In this document: positions 1 to 8,984 of the stretch, piece by piece | Numbering within the stretch: position 1 is the first letter of the stretch | Layout of the letters: each line of letters begins with the position of its first letter | NCBI GenBank assembly: GCA_964461185.1 | Contig: CAYWTD010000001.1 | Span: 1-37,077, forward strand | DNA from: an uncultured Candidatus Saccharibacteria bacterium | GTDB taxonomy: Bacteria; Patescibacteriota; Minisyncoccia; Phycocordibacterales; JAACPR01 | Direction of reading: 5' to 3' | Length of the DNA stretch: 37,077 bases | Translations under genes and position numbers: made by a program | The notes under the pieces: generated by a model | Database searches by the model: none | Told to the model about the DNA's origin: nothing | The model's input: the letters and a program-made list of their open reading frames with translations, nothing else

Positions 1-539
1 GGACGAACGGTTAAATATAAATTAAATATAAATGTAAGAATGTTTGTGATGACAAAAATAAAAATTAAAAAAACTTTTTGAAAAAATAAATTTGTTTTTA
101 AAAACATATCAAGCATAACTACAGCAAAAAATACTGAGGAAACAATACCGCTGTAAATCTTTCCATGAAAAAAGAAAATTGCAGCTATCGACAAACTGTA
201 AACTAACAAAAAAGGAACAGCGCAATTATTAATTTTGTTTTCGAAATATTTTTTATAATTCACCCACAGCAACATACAAGCAAAAGGCACAGAGATAAAA
301 AACAGCACTTCTTCAACAGGCAGATTTCCAATCAAAAAACCAGTTATGTATTTTTGATTAAAAGACCAAAAATAATTAACAACCAATTCGTCCCAAATCA
401 CAAAAAAAGTTGCGGCAACCAAAATTCCGACGATTAATGCCCGAGGGTTTGGTTTTATTACTTTCCCCTTTCCAAAAATATAAACCAGTAGTGGTCCTAA
501 AATAATTACAATATTAAAAATTAAATATTCGAATATCAT
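1..539 (-). CDS. lycopene cyclase domain-containing membrane protein (partial; C-terminus runs off the window start)
   Basis: Hand translation from ATG 539..537: MIFEYLIFNIVIILGPLLVY...VIWDELVV...GNLPVEEVLFFISVPFACML... It is multi-TM with a PxEE(x)xF motif, as in CrtYc/Yd-type lycopene cyclase domains. The frame stays open to position 1. It is adjacent to a CrtI-family gene. Confidence 0.5.
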   Translation of the reverse strand, partial: MIFEYLIFNIVIILGPLLVYIFGKGKVIKPNPRALIVGILVAATFFVIWDELVVNYFWSFNQKYITGFLIGNLPVEEVLFFISVPFACMLLWVNYKKYFENKINNCAVPFLLVYSLSIAAIFFFHGKIYSGIVSSVFFAVVMLDMFLKTNLFFQKVFLIFIFVITNILTFIFNLYLTVR

Positions 540-572
540 GATTTTCTGTTATTAAGATATATTAACAAATTA

Positions 573-2051
573 TCACAATTCATAGTCTTTGATCAGGTTC
601 ACGACTATTTGTGATGAAATCAAAGTTGTCGGCATTCCAACTCCGGGATTAGTATACTGCCCGACAAAATACAGGTTTTTCACTTTTTTACTAAAATTCT
701 TTGGACGAAACATTGCGGTTTGATTTAGTGTATGGGCGAGACCAAATGCGCAACCCTTGAAAGCGTTATAGTCCGATATAAAATCTCGGTGTGAATATAT
801 TCTTTTTAACTTTATATGCGGAGAAATTTTTTCATCAATTATTTTTTCTAGATGTTCTATAACTTTTTTTGCTTCCCTTTCCCTATTTTCATCTGAATCA
901 TCAAGTCCAGATGCCACCGGAACTAAAATCATCATTGTTTCATGCCCAAGCGGCGCGACAGATTTATCAGTTCTGGAAGGAATGTGAACATAATATGATG
1001 GATTTTCTGGCCAAGAAGGTTCTTTGTAAACATCATCAAAACCTTTTTCCCACGAACTATTAAAATACAAATTGTGATGTTCAAGTTTCTCAAATTTTTT
1101 GTCTAAACCAAGATAAACAATGAATCCAGATGGTGAAAGAGTTTTTTTGTCCCAATATTTTTCATTGTAAGTTTGCCATTTTTTTTCTAATAACTGAGTT
1201 TCCGCAAAACGATAATCAGCATTACAAACCACAACATCAGCATCATAAACACTGTCAGCACAAATAACTTTTTTTGCTCGGCCATTCATTATTTCAATTT
1301 TCGTAACTTCGGCAGAAGTAATAATAGTAACACCAAGTTCAAGACAAACTTTTTCAAAAGCTTTTATAATTTCATGAATTCCGCCCATTGGATAAAAAAT
1401 TCCTTGATTAAAATCAGTGTGAGAGATTAATTCATAAAATGCGGGGGTATTATATGGCGAACCGCCCAAAAATACTGTTGTGAATTCTATTATTTTTTGT
1501 AATTCCGGATTTTTGAAATAAGAAGAAACATCTGAATGAAAAGTTTTTATTAAGCTCATTATTGGAAGTTTAAGTAAAAATTTTGGATTAAATAATGGCA
1601 GAAATGTTTTATAACTAAAAAATACCATTTTATCCATCGCCAAATCATAAAGTTTTTTTGATTTGTCTAAATATTTTTCAAGCTTTTTCCCTGCCCCTTT
1701 TTCAGCTTTTTCAAATTGTAATTTTACATTCTCTAAATCTTCATTAATTAAGTACGTATTACCATTATCGTAAAAAACTTTGTAATGAACATGTAATTTA
1801 TTTAATTCTAAATAGTCATCAATATTTTTATCAAGCAATTTAAAATACATTTTGAAAACTTCTGGCATCATGTACCACGACGGCCCCATATCAAAAACAT
1901 ATCCATTCTCGGTGTATTTTCTAGCTCGGCCGCCAAGCATTGCATTCTTTTCAAGAACAGTGACTTTATGACCTTGTTTTGCCAATAATGCGGCTGTAGA
2001 AAGTCCTCCAATTCCACCACCCACTATTATTATTTTTTTACTCTTTTCCAT
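573..2051 (-). CDS. phytoene desaturase (CrtI/CrtN/CrtD) family FAD-dependent oxidoreductase
   Basis: 492 aa. N-terminal dinucleotide fold IIIVGGGIGGLSTAALLAKQGHKVTVLEKNAMLGGRA. C-terminal YFVGQYTNPGVGMPTTLISS is typical of the CrtI family. Confidence 0.85.
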   Translation of the reverse strand: MEKSKKIIIVGGGIGGLSTAALLAKQGHKVTVLEKNAMLGGRARKYTENGYVFDMGPSWYMMPEVFKMYFKLLDKNIDDYLELNKLHVHYKVFYDNGNTYLINEDLENVKLQFEKAEKGAGKKLEKYLDKSKKLYDLAMDKMVFFSYKTFLPLFNPKFLLKLPIMSLIKTFHSDVSSYFKNPELQKIIEFTTVFLGGSPYNTPAFYELISHTDFNQGIFYPMGGIHEIIKAFEKVCLELGVTIITSAEVTKIEIMNGRAKKVICADSVYDADVVVCNADYRFAETQLLEKKWQTYNEKYWDKKTLSPSGFIVYLGLDKKFEKLEHHNLYFNSSWEKGFDDVYKEPSWPENPSYYVHIPSRTDKSVAPLGHETMMILVPVASGLDDSDENREREAKKVIEHLEKIIDEKISPHIKLKRIYSHRDFISDYNAFKGCAFGLAHTLNQTAMFRPKNFSKKVKNLYFVGQYTNPGVGMPTTLISSQIVVNLIKDYEL

Positions 2052-2107
2052 ACAATTTTATACAGTATATCAGATTAGATAAAAAGATGATTTAGGATCA
2101 AATGAAC

Positions 2108-3049
2108 TTATTCCTTGATATTTTTAAATTCATTCTGAAAATCAGCAGTGTTTATGTAGTCATATTCTTTGGCGACGCCGATTCTCTCTAGAATAAAAAC
2201 AATTATAAAACCAATAATAGCCAACATTATCGGCCAAAATACGGACAAATTAATTGAAGGAAAAACATTCGTCGCAATGCCATTTATATTTACATCTTGC
2301 CATGGCCACACTTGTCGAAGCGATCCAATCATTACACCTATTAAAAAAGCGATGACTGCGGAATGATAGTTCTTCATCAGCCAAGTTAATAATCGAACAA
2401 ATAAAGCTAATCCCATAATTGCCCCAACAGCAAAAATAAATAGTACAAAAAAATCTCGTTCGGCAACGGCATTAATTATTACCTCGTATTGACCAAGTGA
2501 AACCATAATGAGTGATCCAGAAATACCCGGCAGAATCATTGCGGTGATGGCAATGGCGCCTGTTGTAAATACTGCAAATGGAGCCTCGCTTCCACCAAGA
2601 GAAGGTAAACCAACAATTATAAAAGTCAAAATAAATCCCAAAATCAAAAACAGAAACCGGTTAATTGTCCATTTTGTAATTCGTCCGGAAATGATAAACG
2701 CTGATCCAAGAACCAAACCAAAAAAGAATGACCATAACAAAACTGGTTGTGCTTCTAGTAAAAAAGAAACTATTTGAACAAATCCGAAAATTGCTGTCGC
2801 CAAACCAAAAACCAAAGGAATCAAAAAAGAAAACGGAATCAATAGAAATGCTTGCTTAAAATTCCCTGTCAGAATAAGTTTTGGAACTCGTCCAGTAATT
2901 ATTTTTATTGAATAAAGTAATTCGTCGTAAATACCAAACACAAAGGCAATTGTTCCGCCGGATACACCCGGAACCAAATCCGCTATTCCCATGGTTAGAC
3001 CAGTAAAAAATAAATGTATTCTGTTTTTCTTGCTTTTTGTGTTTTGCAT
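2108..3049 (-). CDS. DUF368 family polytopic membrane protein
   Basis: GIADLVPGVSGGTIAF and ILPGISGS motifs, with many TM segments. The start was moved to the internal ATG 3049..3047 (MQNTKSKK...) because the longer track ORF (to 3163) reads through tRNA-Gln. Confidence 0.8.
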   Translation of the reverse strand: MQNTKSKKNRIHLFFTGLTMGIADLVPGVSGGTIAFVFGIYDELLYSIKIITGRVPKLILTGNFKQAFLLIPFSFLIPLVFGLATAIFGFVQIVSFLLEAQPVLLWSFFFGLVLGSAFIISGRITKWTINRFLFLILGFILTFIIVGLPSLGGSEAPFAVFTTGAIAITAMILPGISGSLIMVSLGQYEVIINAVAERDFFVLFIFAVGAIMGLALFVRLLTWLMKNYHSAVIAFLIGVMIGSLRQVWPWQDVNINGIATNVFPSINLSVFWPIMLAIIGFIIVFILERIGVAKEYDYINTADFQNEFKNIKE

Positions 3050-3052
3050 ATT

Positions 3053-3126
3053 TGGTTGCCAGACTTGGACTCGAACCAAGATACCCGCCTCCAGAGGGCG
3101 ATGTCCTACCATTAGACGATCTGGCA
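3053..3126 (-). tRNA. tRNA-Gln (anticodon CUG), CCA encoded
   Basis: Minus strand reads TGCCAGA-TC-GTCT-AATGGTA-GGAC-A-TCGCC-CTCTGGA-GGCGG-GTAT-CTTGG-TTCGAGT-CCAAG-TCTGGCA-A-CCA. This is a full cloverleaf with a U1-A72 pair. Confidence 0.9.
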
Positions 3127-3128
3127 GA

Positions 3129-4079
3129 TCATTCGGAAATACATGGCCGCAATTCTGAATCAAGAGAAACCGGAAGCAGTCGCGACATTATTTCACCATT
3201 ATTTTTTAACACAATTTCTGCCGCTCCGCCATTTCTAACACTTTCCATCCAGTATTGATCAAAAATAAAATTACCAAGCGAGTAAAAAATTGGCTTCTCG
3301 TTATAAATCTCTACTTCCTGCAAAACATGCGGATGAGCACCAATAATTATATCAGCGCCCTTATCAATAAAACTTTTTGCAATACTTCTAACTCTGTTTG
3401 TAACGGGAGTATATTCATCTCCCCAATGAGCAAAAACAATTTCAAAAATTTCTGAATTCCCTTCTATTAGCGAATTTGTCTCTTTTTCTGACCGAGAAAA
3501 TTCGTTAAATGGAATTAGGCGAAAAGATATGTCGTTTTTCTCTAAAGTTAAAGTCTGAAAATCTTTATTTAGAGTGTCGCCAAAATAATACAAATCTGTA
3601 GCCAAAATATTTTCTCCAGTTTGTCTTGCTCCTTCTCTACCAAAATCAAAAATATGATTATTTGCGATGCTCACAATATCTATTCCATTATTTTTAAGCG
3701 CCAACAAGACCTTCGTAGACATTGTAAATTTAAAAAGATTTGGATCCTCTACTGTTTTAACTCGACTAACAGAATTATAATTTGTCACCGGTCCCTCCAA
3801 ATTCACCACCACAAAATCATATTTTTCAAATGTTGGTTTTGCACATTCAAAATAAAAATCGTAACCATTTTTTTCGGCAATAGTTCGAATGTTTCTATCC
3901 ATCATAATATCCCCAACAAAAAGTAGTTTAATCTCTTTCACAACATCCTTTTGAAAAAAATCTGGGGAGCGAGCAATTAACTCTGGCAAAATTCCATTTG
4001 GCGCAAAAACACGACTACCAAAACCCAAAAAAATAATTAAAGATCCCAGAGTAACAGTGATGATAAAATTCTTTATCAT
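3129..4079 (-). CDS. CapA/PGA_cap family metallophosphatase-like protein, N-terminally membrane anchored
   Basis: 316 aa with an N-terminal TM segment. LLFVGDIMMDR...ANNHIFDFG...FAHWGDEY...GAHPHVLQ is the CapA-type metallophosphoesterase motif pattern. Confidence 0.8.
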   Translation of the reverse strand: MIKNFIITVTLGSLIIFLGFGSRVFAPNGILPELIARSPDFFQKDVVKEIKLLFVGDIMMDRNIRTIAEKNGYDFYFECAKPTFEKYDFVVVNLEGPVTNYNSVSRVKTVEDPNLFKFTMSTKVLLALKNNGIDIVSIANNHIFDFGREGARQTGENILATDLYYFGDTLNKDFQTLTLEKNDISFRLIPFNEFSRSEKETNSLIEGNSEIFEIVFAHWGDEYTPVTNRVRSIAKSFIDKGADIIIGAHPHVLQEVEIYNEKPIFYSLGNFIFDQYWMESVRNGGAAEIVLKNNGEIMSRLLPVSLDSELRPCISE

Positions 4080-4091
4080 TTTAATAAAAAA

Positions 4092-4898
4092 TTAAAGAAT
4101 ATTTTTTAAATAAGCAAAGCCTCCAAAAATTCCTCCGATTGAACCAAGTTCCGCAATTTTAATTTCTGGAATTTCAGGGTGAATTTTCATTAACTTTGAA
4201 ATTTGCTCTCTAATTTTATTTGCATCAAGATCTCGGGCCATTGAACCACCAACAACCACAACATCAGGTGACCAATGCAAAATTGAATTATGAATTCCAA
4301 TTGAGACATCACGTTCAACTGTTAGCCATGCGTCGGTTTTTGCCACATCTTTTGGATGCATTTTGTATTTTTTTTCTACGGCCGTACCACTTGCCAAATC
4401 CTCCCAATTTTCTCCGGTTTCATTATTTAAAATTTGGTAACCCGGTTCAAAACCAAATTTATTTTTTTCAAAATTTCCACGAACAATTTTTGTCCCACCT
4501 ATTCCAGTAGAAATTGTAATATAAACAACGGAATCAAAACCTTTTCCGGCTCCCGCCAAAGCTTCTCCTAATCCAACCATATCAGCATCATTTTCTATAA
4601 AAATTTTCGCTCCGAATTCGCGTTCAAAAAATTCTTTGATTGGAACTCTTTCCCATTCTGATAAATGATTAGATTTTAATAAAAATTCTTTTGTAGGATT
4701 AATAATTCCAGCAATTCCCAAAACAATTGCCTTGATTTCATCTTTTCCAGCAAGATTTCTGATCGTTTCGGCAATTAATTTTAACCCATCTTTGGGATTA
4801 TTTGGCGTCGCTTCTATAACTGGTTCATCAAATTCGACCAAATCGCTTGATTTTGCAACTCTAAATTGTGTACCTCCGATATCACATGCAATATACAT
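4092..4898 (-). CDS. ROK family sugar kinase (glucokinase-like)
   Basis: 268 aa. N-terminal ACDIGGTQFRVA ATP-binding motif, then ENDADMVGLGE and ISTGIGGT ROK/ASKHA motifs. Confidence 0.8.
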   Translation of the reverse strand: MYIACDIGGTQFRVAKSSDLVEFDEPVIEATPNNPKDGLKLIAETIRNLAGKDEIKAIVLGIAGIINPTKEFLLKSNHLSEWERVPIKEFFEREFGAKIFIENDADMVGLGEALAGAGKGFDSVVYITISTGIGGTKIVRGNFEKNKFGFEPGYQILNNETGENWEDLASGTAVEKKYKMHPKDVAKTDAWLTVERDVSIGIHNSILHWSPDVVVVGGSMARDLDANKIREQISKLMKIHPEIPEIKIAELGSIGGIFGGFAYLKNIL

Positions 4899-4924
4899 AG
4901 TGAATAAATTATATCACGGAATCA

Positions 4925-6196
4925 CTAAAAAACATTAGGCTTGTCTATCTCTAATCTGTTGTCTTCAGCAATGGTTTTATAAGTAAAAGCCGAGTCACGA
5001 ACGGTTCGTTCTTTGGTTTCAAAATCAACTTTCACCAAACCAAAACGCAACCAAAAACCTTTGTCCCATTCAAAATTATCCAAAAGTGACCAATAGAAAT
5101 ATCCGCGAACGTCCACGCCGACACAAATCGCTTGATGAATTGAAGAAACCACTCGGGCGATAAATTTTTCTCTCATTGTGTCATTCGCATCAGCAATTCC
5201 ATTTTCTGTTATGTAAATTGGTTTATTATATTTTTTTAATTCAACCAGTGCCTGATAAATAGATTCTGGATGAAATTCCCAACCAAAATCTGTTTGTTCG
5301 ATGTTTGGATTTTTTTTGAAACCATTATTAATAACATTTCTATTATAGTGATTTAATCCAACGAAATCTTGATGATTTTTTATTTTGTTCAAGAAAAAAT
5401 AATTACTAAAATAATCAGCAATTTTCTTTAAAACTTTATTTAAAAAAGTCGGTTTAGTCATTTCATAAGAAACAACGTGTTCGGCAATTCCAATTTCAGA
5501 ATTTGGAAAGTTCGTCTTTATAACATTAAAAGCGTTTTTGTGTGCCAAAGATAAATTTTTCAAAGCTCTAAAATAAAATCGTGGGCATCTTTTTTGTGGG
5601 GGCCAAGTTTTTTTCAAATATGCAAATGATGTCTGTAAAGTTGGTTCATTCAAAGTAATCCAAAACTTTACATCATTACCAAAAGATTTAACTAATTTTT
5701 CTGTATATCTTTTAAATTTTTCTGGAAATTCTGGGGAGAGTGTTCCACCTTTTTCTGCCATCCAAATTGGCAAAGTCCAGTGCCATAGTGTTACAAATGG
5801 TTCAATTTTTCTTTTTCGAAGAGAATTTATCATTCCCTTGTATCTGGAAATTGCTGATTCATCAAATTGGCCGTCTTTTGGTTCAATTCTAGACCATTCA
5901 ATCGAAAATCGATATGCGCTTAATCCCAAAAAACTAACGATATTAAAATCTTCCTCAAATCTATTCCAGGAATCACACGCTAGTCCGGAAATATAATTTT
6001 TTGGATTCGTTGCCTCGTCTTTAAATTTTGACCAATTAGGATTCCAAGCAAAAGATTTTTCAGAGTTTTCGGCTAATTTTTGTGCGTTTATTTTTTCCCA
6101 AACAGTCCAATCATTATTTTGTCCACCCTCTATTTGATGAGAAGAAGTCCCCGCTCCCCAATAAAATCCTGGCGGAAAATTTAAAATTTCTTTCAT
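4925..6196 (-). CDS. glycoside hydrolase family 1 beta-glucosidase
   Basis: 423 aa. FYWGAGTSSHQIEG at the N-terminus. Catalytic TLNEP and YITENG motifs are present, plus WSLLDNFEW. Confidence 0.9.
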   Translation of the reverse strand: MKEILNFPPGFYWGAGTSSHQIEGGQNNDWTVWEKINAQKLAENSEKSFAWNPNWSKFKDEATNPKNYISGLACDSWNRFEEDFNIVSFLGLSAYRFSIEWSRIEPKDGQFDESAISRYKGMINSLRKRKIEPFVTLWHWTLPIWMAEKGGTLSPEFPEKFKRYTEKLVKSFGNDVKFWITLNEPTLQTSFAYLKKTWPPQKRCPRFYFRALKNLSLAHKNAFNVIKTNFPNSEIGIAEHVVSYEMTKPTFLNKVLKKIADYFSNYFFLNKIKNHQDFVGLNHYNRNVINNGFKKNPNIEQTDFGWEFHPESIYQALVELKKYNKPIYITENGIADANDTMREKFIARVVSSIHQAICVGVDVRGYFYWSLLDNFEWDKGFWLRFGLVKVDFETKERTVRDSAFTYKTIAEDNRLEIDKPNVF

Positions 6197-6204
6197 AATT
6201 AAAA

Positions 6205-7131
6205 TTATTTATTTTGAAGATATCTTTTGATTGCCCAAAAACTTGAAACGCTACCAATTACAATTCCAGAACCAAGTACAATAAACAAAATTTGACCAAA
6301 ATTTCCTAGATAATATTCAAATAGATCGAGTCCAAAGAAAAGTTTTGCGGTATCTTTTCCAATATACAATGTAAGCGGATAAAGCAAAACCATAACCAAA
6401 ACAGAAGAAACGATTCCATAAATGGCGCCGGCAACGACAAAGGGCCCGCTAATATAACTGTGATCCGCTCCAACCAAATTCATCACTTTTATTTCATCAC
6501 GAGAAACATACATCGCGAGACGAATAGTGTTTAATGTGATTAATACAGAAAGAATTATAAAAATTAATGTGACAATCATTCCGAATTTTTCTCCTGCCTC
6601 GATGATTCCGCCAAGTCTTTCTATAACCTCGTGTTTTTTGGTTGAATTTACACTATCAATAATTGATCCGACTGTACCGACATCATAATTATCTTCCAAG
6701 AATTTATTGATAACTTCGTATTGTGACAAATCAACAGCCTTTATTTTCAAAGCGGCGCCAAATGGATTGTCATTCAATAATTCCAAAGCATCAAGTGTGA
6801 TTTGTTCGTCTTCATTATTTAAAATAAATTCCTGTAAAACTTGATCTCGTGACAGCAACTCAACGGATTCAATTTGTGGCAAAGTTTTTAAATCATTCTG
6901 AATTTTATCTATTCTGTCTTGGGGTGCATCAGGAAGAATATTTATATTAATATCAACTTTTTTTTCAAGTTCGCTTAATGTGTGTTTCAAAAGAACGCTA
7001 GAGAAAAGTGCGCTTGATAAAATAAGCAAAGTAATAACCATCACTAAAATTGCTGACAAAGAGACGACTCCATTTCGCCAAAAATCTACAAAACCAGTTT
7101 TCAATATTCTTTTAAAATTTAACCAAGTCAT
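6205..7131 (-). CDS. ftsX: cell division permease FtsX
   Basis: 308 aa. One N-terminal TM, a large periplasmic-type domain, then three C-terminal TMs. It lies directly downstream of ftsE. Confidence 0.85.
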   Translation of the reverse strand: MTWLNFKRILKTGFVDFWRNGVVSLSAILVMVITLLILSSALFSSVLLKHTLSELEKKVDININILPDAPQDRIDKIQNDLKTLPQIESVELLSRDQVLQEFILNNEDEQITLDALELLNDNPFGAALKIKAVDLSQYEVINKFLEDNYDVGTVGSIIDSVNSTKKHEVIERLGGIIEAGEKFGMIVTLIFIILSVLITLNTIRLAMYVSRDEIKVMNLVGADHSYISGPFVVAGAIYGIVSSVLVMVLLYPLTLYIGKDTAKLFFGLDLFEYYLGNFGQILFIVLGSGIVIGSVSSFWAIKRYLQNK

Positions 7132-7140
7132 AATTTTTTA

Positions 7141-7821
7141 TTATAAAACATAACGTCCGGTTGGATCGTCTCTAATAATTCGACCGTTCTCCATGGTGAT
7201 TACCCTTTTGCCTAATTCATCAATCACGCCTTTGTTGTGAGTTGTTAAAATTACTGTCGTACCCAAATCATTAATTTTTTTCAAAATTTGAACAATTTCA
7301 TAAGTATTCATCGGATCAAGGTTTCCTGTTGGTTCGTCAGCCACAATAACATCTGGTTGATTTACAATTGCTCTAGCGATTGCGACGCGCTGTCTTTCGC
7401 CACCAGAGAGTTCTCCTGGAAAATTCCAAGCCTTGTCCGCCAAATCCACAAGTTCTAAAACATAAGGTACGTCTGCGATAATATCTTCATCTGTTCGGCC
7501 GGCGGCTTCCATAGCAAAAGCGATATTTTCATAAACAGTTTTGTTCGGAAGAAGTCTGAAATCTTGAAAAATTGTACCAATTCTGCGTCTTAATTTATTT
7601 ACATGTTTCCTGCGCAAAGAATGAATGTCAGTTGATTCAAAATATAATTTTCCATGAGTTGGTTTTTCTTCAGCCAAAAGCATTTTTATCAAAGTGGATT
7701 TACCGGCGCCAGAATGTCCGACAATAGAAACGAATTCTTTTGGTTCAATTTTTAAAGTAATATCAGACAAAGCTTTTGTGTTGTCGTCGTAAATTTTTGT
7801 AACTTTATCAAAATAAATCAT
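7141..7821 (-). CDS. ftsE: cell division ATP-binding protein FtsE
   Basis: 226 aa. Walker A GHSGAGKST, ABC signature LSGGERQR and Walker B VIVADEPTGNLD. Confidence 0.9.
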   Translation of the reverse strand: MIYFDKVTKIYDDNTKALSDITLKIEPKEFVSIVGHSGAGKSTLIKMLLAEEKPTHGKLYFESTDIHSLRRKHVNKLRRRIGTIFQDFRLLPNKTVYENIAFAMEAAGRTDEDIIADVPYVLELVDLADKAWNFPGELSGGERQRVAIARAIVNQPDVIVADEPTGNLDPMNTYEIVQILKKINDLGTTVILTTHNKGVIDELGKRVITMENGRIIRDDPTGRYVL

Positions 7822-7831
7822 AGATTTTATA

Positions 7832-8713
7832 TTATTCTTTCATAGATTCTATAAACAAGTCAATTTTTCCATTTAGGACCGCATCAACATCCGAGGTTTC
7901 TGCTTTGTTTCTGTGATCTTTGACTAATTTATACGGATGCAAAACATACGATCTTATCTGACTTCCCCAAGTAGCCTCTGTGCTTTTTGAGATCGATAAT
8001 TCTGAAATTTCGCTTTTCTTTTGCTTTTCGAGTAGCGTGTATATTTTACCACGAATTAATTCAAATGCCTTTTCTTTATTCTGTGCCTGACTGCGCTCGT
8101 TTGAGACAAAGGCGGAAATCCCTGTTGGTCTGTGGATAACACGAACAGCGGTCTCTCTCTTATTAACATTTTGACCTCCTGGACCACTGGATTTTGTAAA
8201 TTGTATTTCTAAATCATCGTCTTTTATTTTTAGTTCATCATCGTCTCCAAATTCCGGTAAAACTTCTACGAGAGCAAATGAAGTCTGTCTTTTTCCAGCA
8301 GAATTAAATGGGGATTTTCTAACAAGACGATGAACCCCGGATTCATGTTTCAAAACCCCGTAAATATTTTTACCTACAATTTCAAAAGTCACTGAACGAA
8401 AACCACCGTTTGTATTTTTATTTTCATCCAAGAAATTTATCTGCCATTTTTTAATGTCAGCAAATTTCATATACATTTCAAGGAGTATTCTGACCCAGTC
8501 TTCGGCATCTTCCCCGCCGGCACCGGCAAAAATATTTACAATCGCATTATACTTATCGTGCTTTTCAACTCCCGCTAGTTTATCTTTTAACTCATCAAGT
8601 TCTTTCAAAGTCCTCTGCGCCAAATCCTTGTCGTGCCAAAAGTCGTTTTGAAGCATTAATTGTTCGATTTCTGTAATGCGTTTTTCTGCTTGTATTTTAT
8701 CTTTTTCATCCAT
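7832..8713 (-). CDS. prfB: peptide chain release factor 2 (short form, single uninterrupted ORF)
   Basis: 293 aa with a GGQ motif (SGPGGQNVNK). The RF2-type SPF tripeptide is present (RKSPFNSAGKRQTSF), as is WGSQIRSYVLHPY. Confidence 0.9.
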   Translation of the reverse strand: MDEKDKIQAEKRITEIEQLMLQNDFWHDKDLAQRTLKELDELKDKLAGVEKHDKYNAIVNIFAGAGGEDAEDWVRILLEMYMKFADIKKWQINFLDENKNTNGGFRSVTFEIVGKNIYGVLKHESGVHRLVRKSPFNSAGKRQTSFALVEVLPEFGDDDELKIKDDDLEIQFTKSSGPGGQNVNKRETAVRVIHRPTGISAFVSNERSQAQNKEKAFELIRGKIYTLLEKQKKSEISELSISKSTEATWGSQIRSYVLHPYKLVKDHRNKAETSDVDAVLNGKIDLFIESMKE

Positions 8714-8759
8714 AAAAGTTTTCTAATTTTATCAGAAAATCACGCCCTAATCTAACTTG

Positions 8760-8832
8760 AGCCGTTGTCCGGGATTGAACCGGAGACCTCGTCATTACCA
8801 ATGACGTGCTCTACCAACTGAGCTACAACGGC
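8760..8832 (-). tRNA. tRNA-Thr (anticodon GGU)
   Basis: Minus strand reads GCCGTTG-TA-GCTC-AGTTGGTA-GAGC-A-CGTCA-TTGGTAA-TGACG-AGGTC-TCCGG-TTCAATC-CCGGA-CAACGGC-T. Confidence 0.9.
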
Positions 8833-8901
8833 AACAAACAATTTAACCAGTTAAATGTAATATAAATTTGGTGGTTTTTCAATTCTGACAAGGTTTTGAT
8901 G

Positions 8902-8974
8902 AGCCACCTCGCAGAATCGAACTGCGGACCTCTGCTTTACGAAAGCATTGCTCTACCAACTGAGCTAAGGTGGC
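8902..8974 (-). tRNA. tRNA-Thr (anticodon CGU)
   Basis: Minus strand reads GCCACCT-TA-GCTC-AGTTGGTA-GAGC-A-ATGCT-TTCGTAA-AGCAG-AGGTC-CGCAG-TTCGATT-CTGCG-AGGTGGC-T. Confidence 0.9.
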
Positions 8975-8984
8975 AAATTTTTTA

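Noticed and set aside
3050-3163. N-terminal 38-aa extension of the DUF368 ORF in the track (2108..3163)
   Set aside because: The extension is the antisense-frame read-through of tRNA-Gln (3053..3126). The real start is the internal ATG at 3049.
8714-8759. Programmed +1 frameshift leader for prfB
   Set aside because: Only 46 nt separate the ATG from tRNA-Thr. The upstream frame contains TGA, TAA and TAG. The only GTG...TTC-TGA candidate would shift into a frame that is not the prfB frame.
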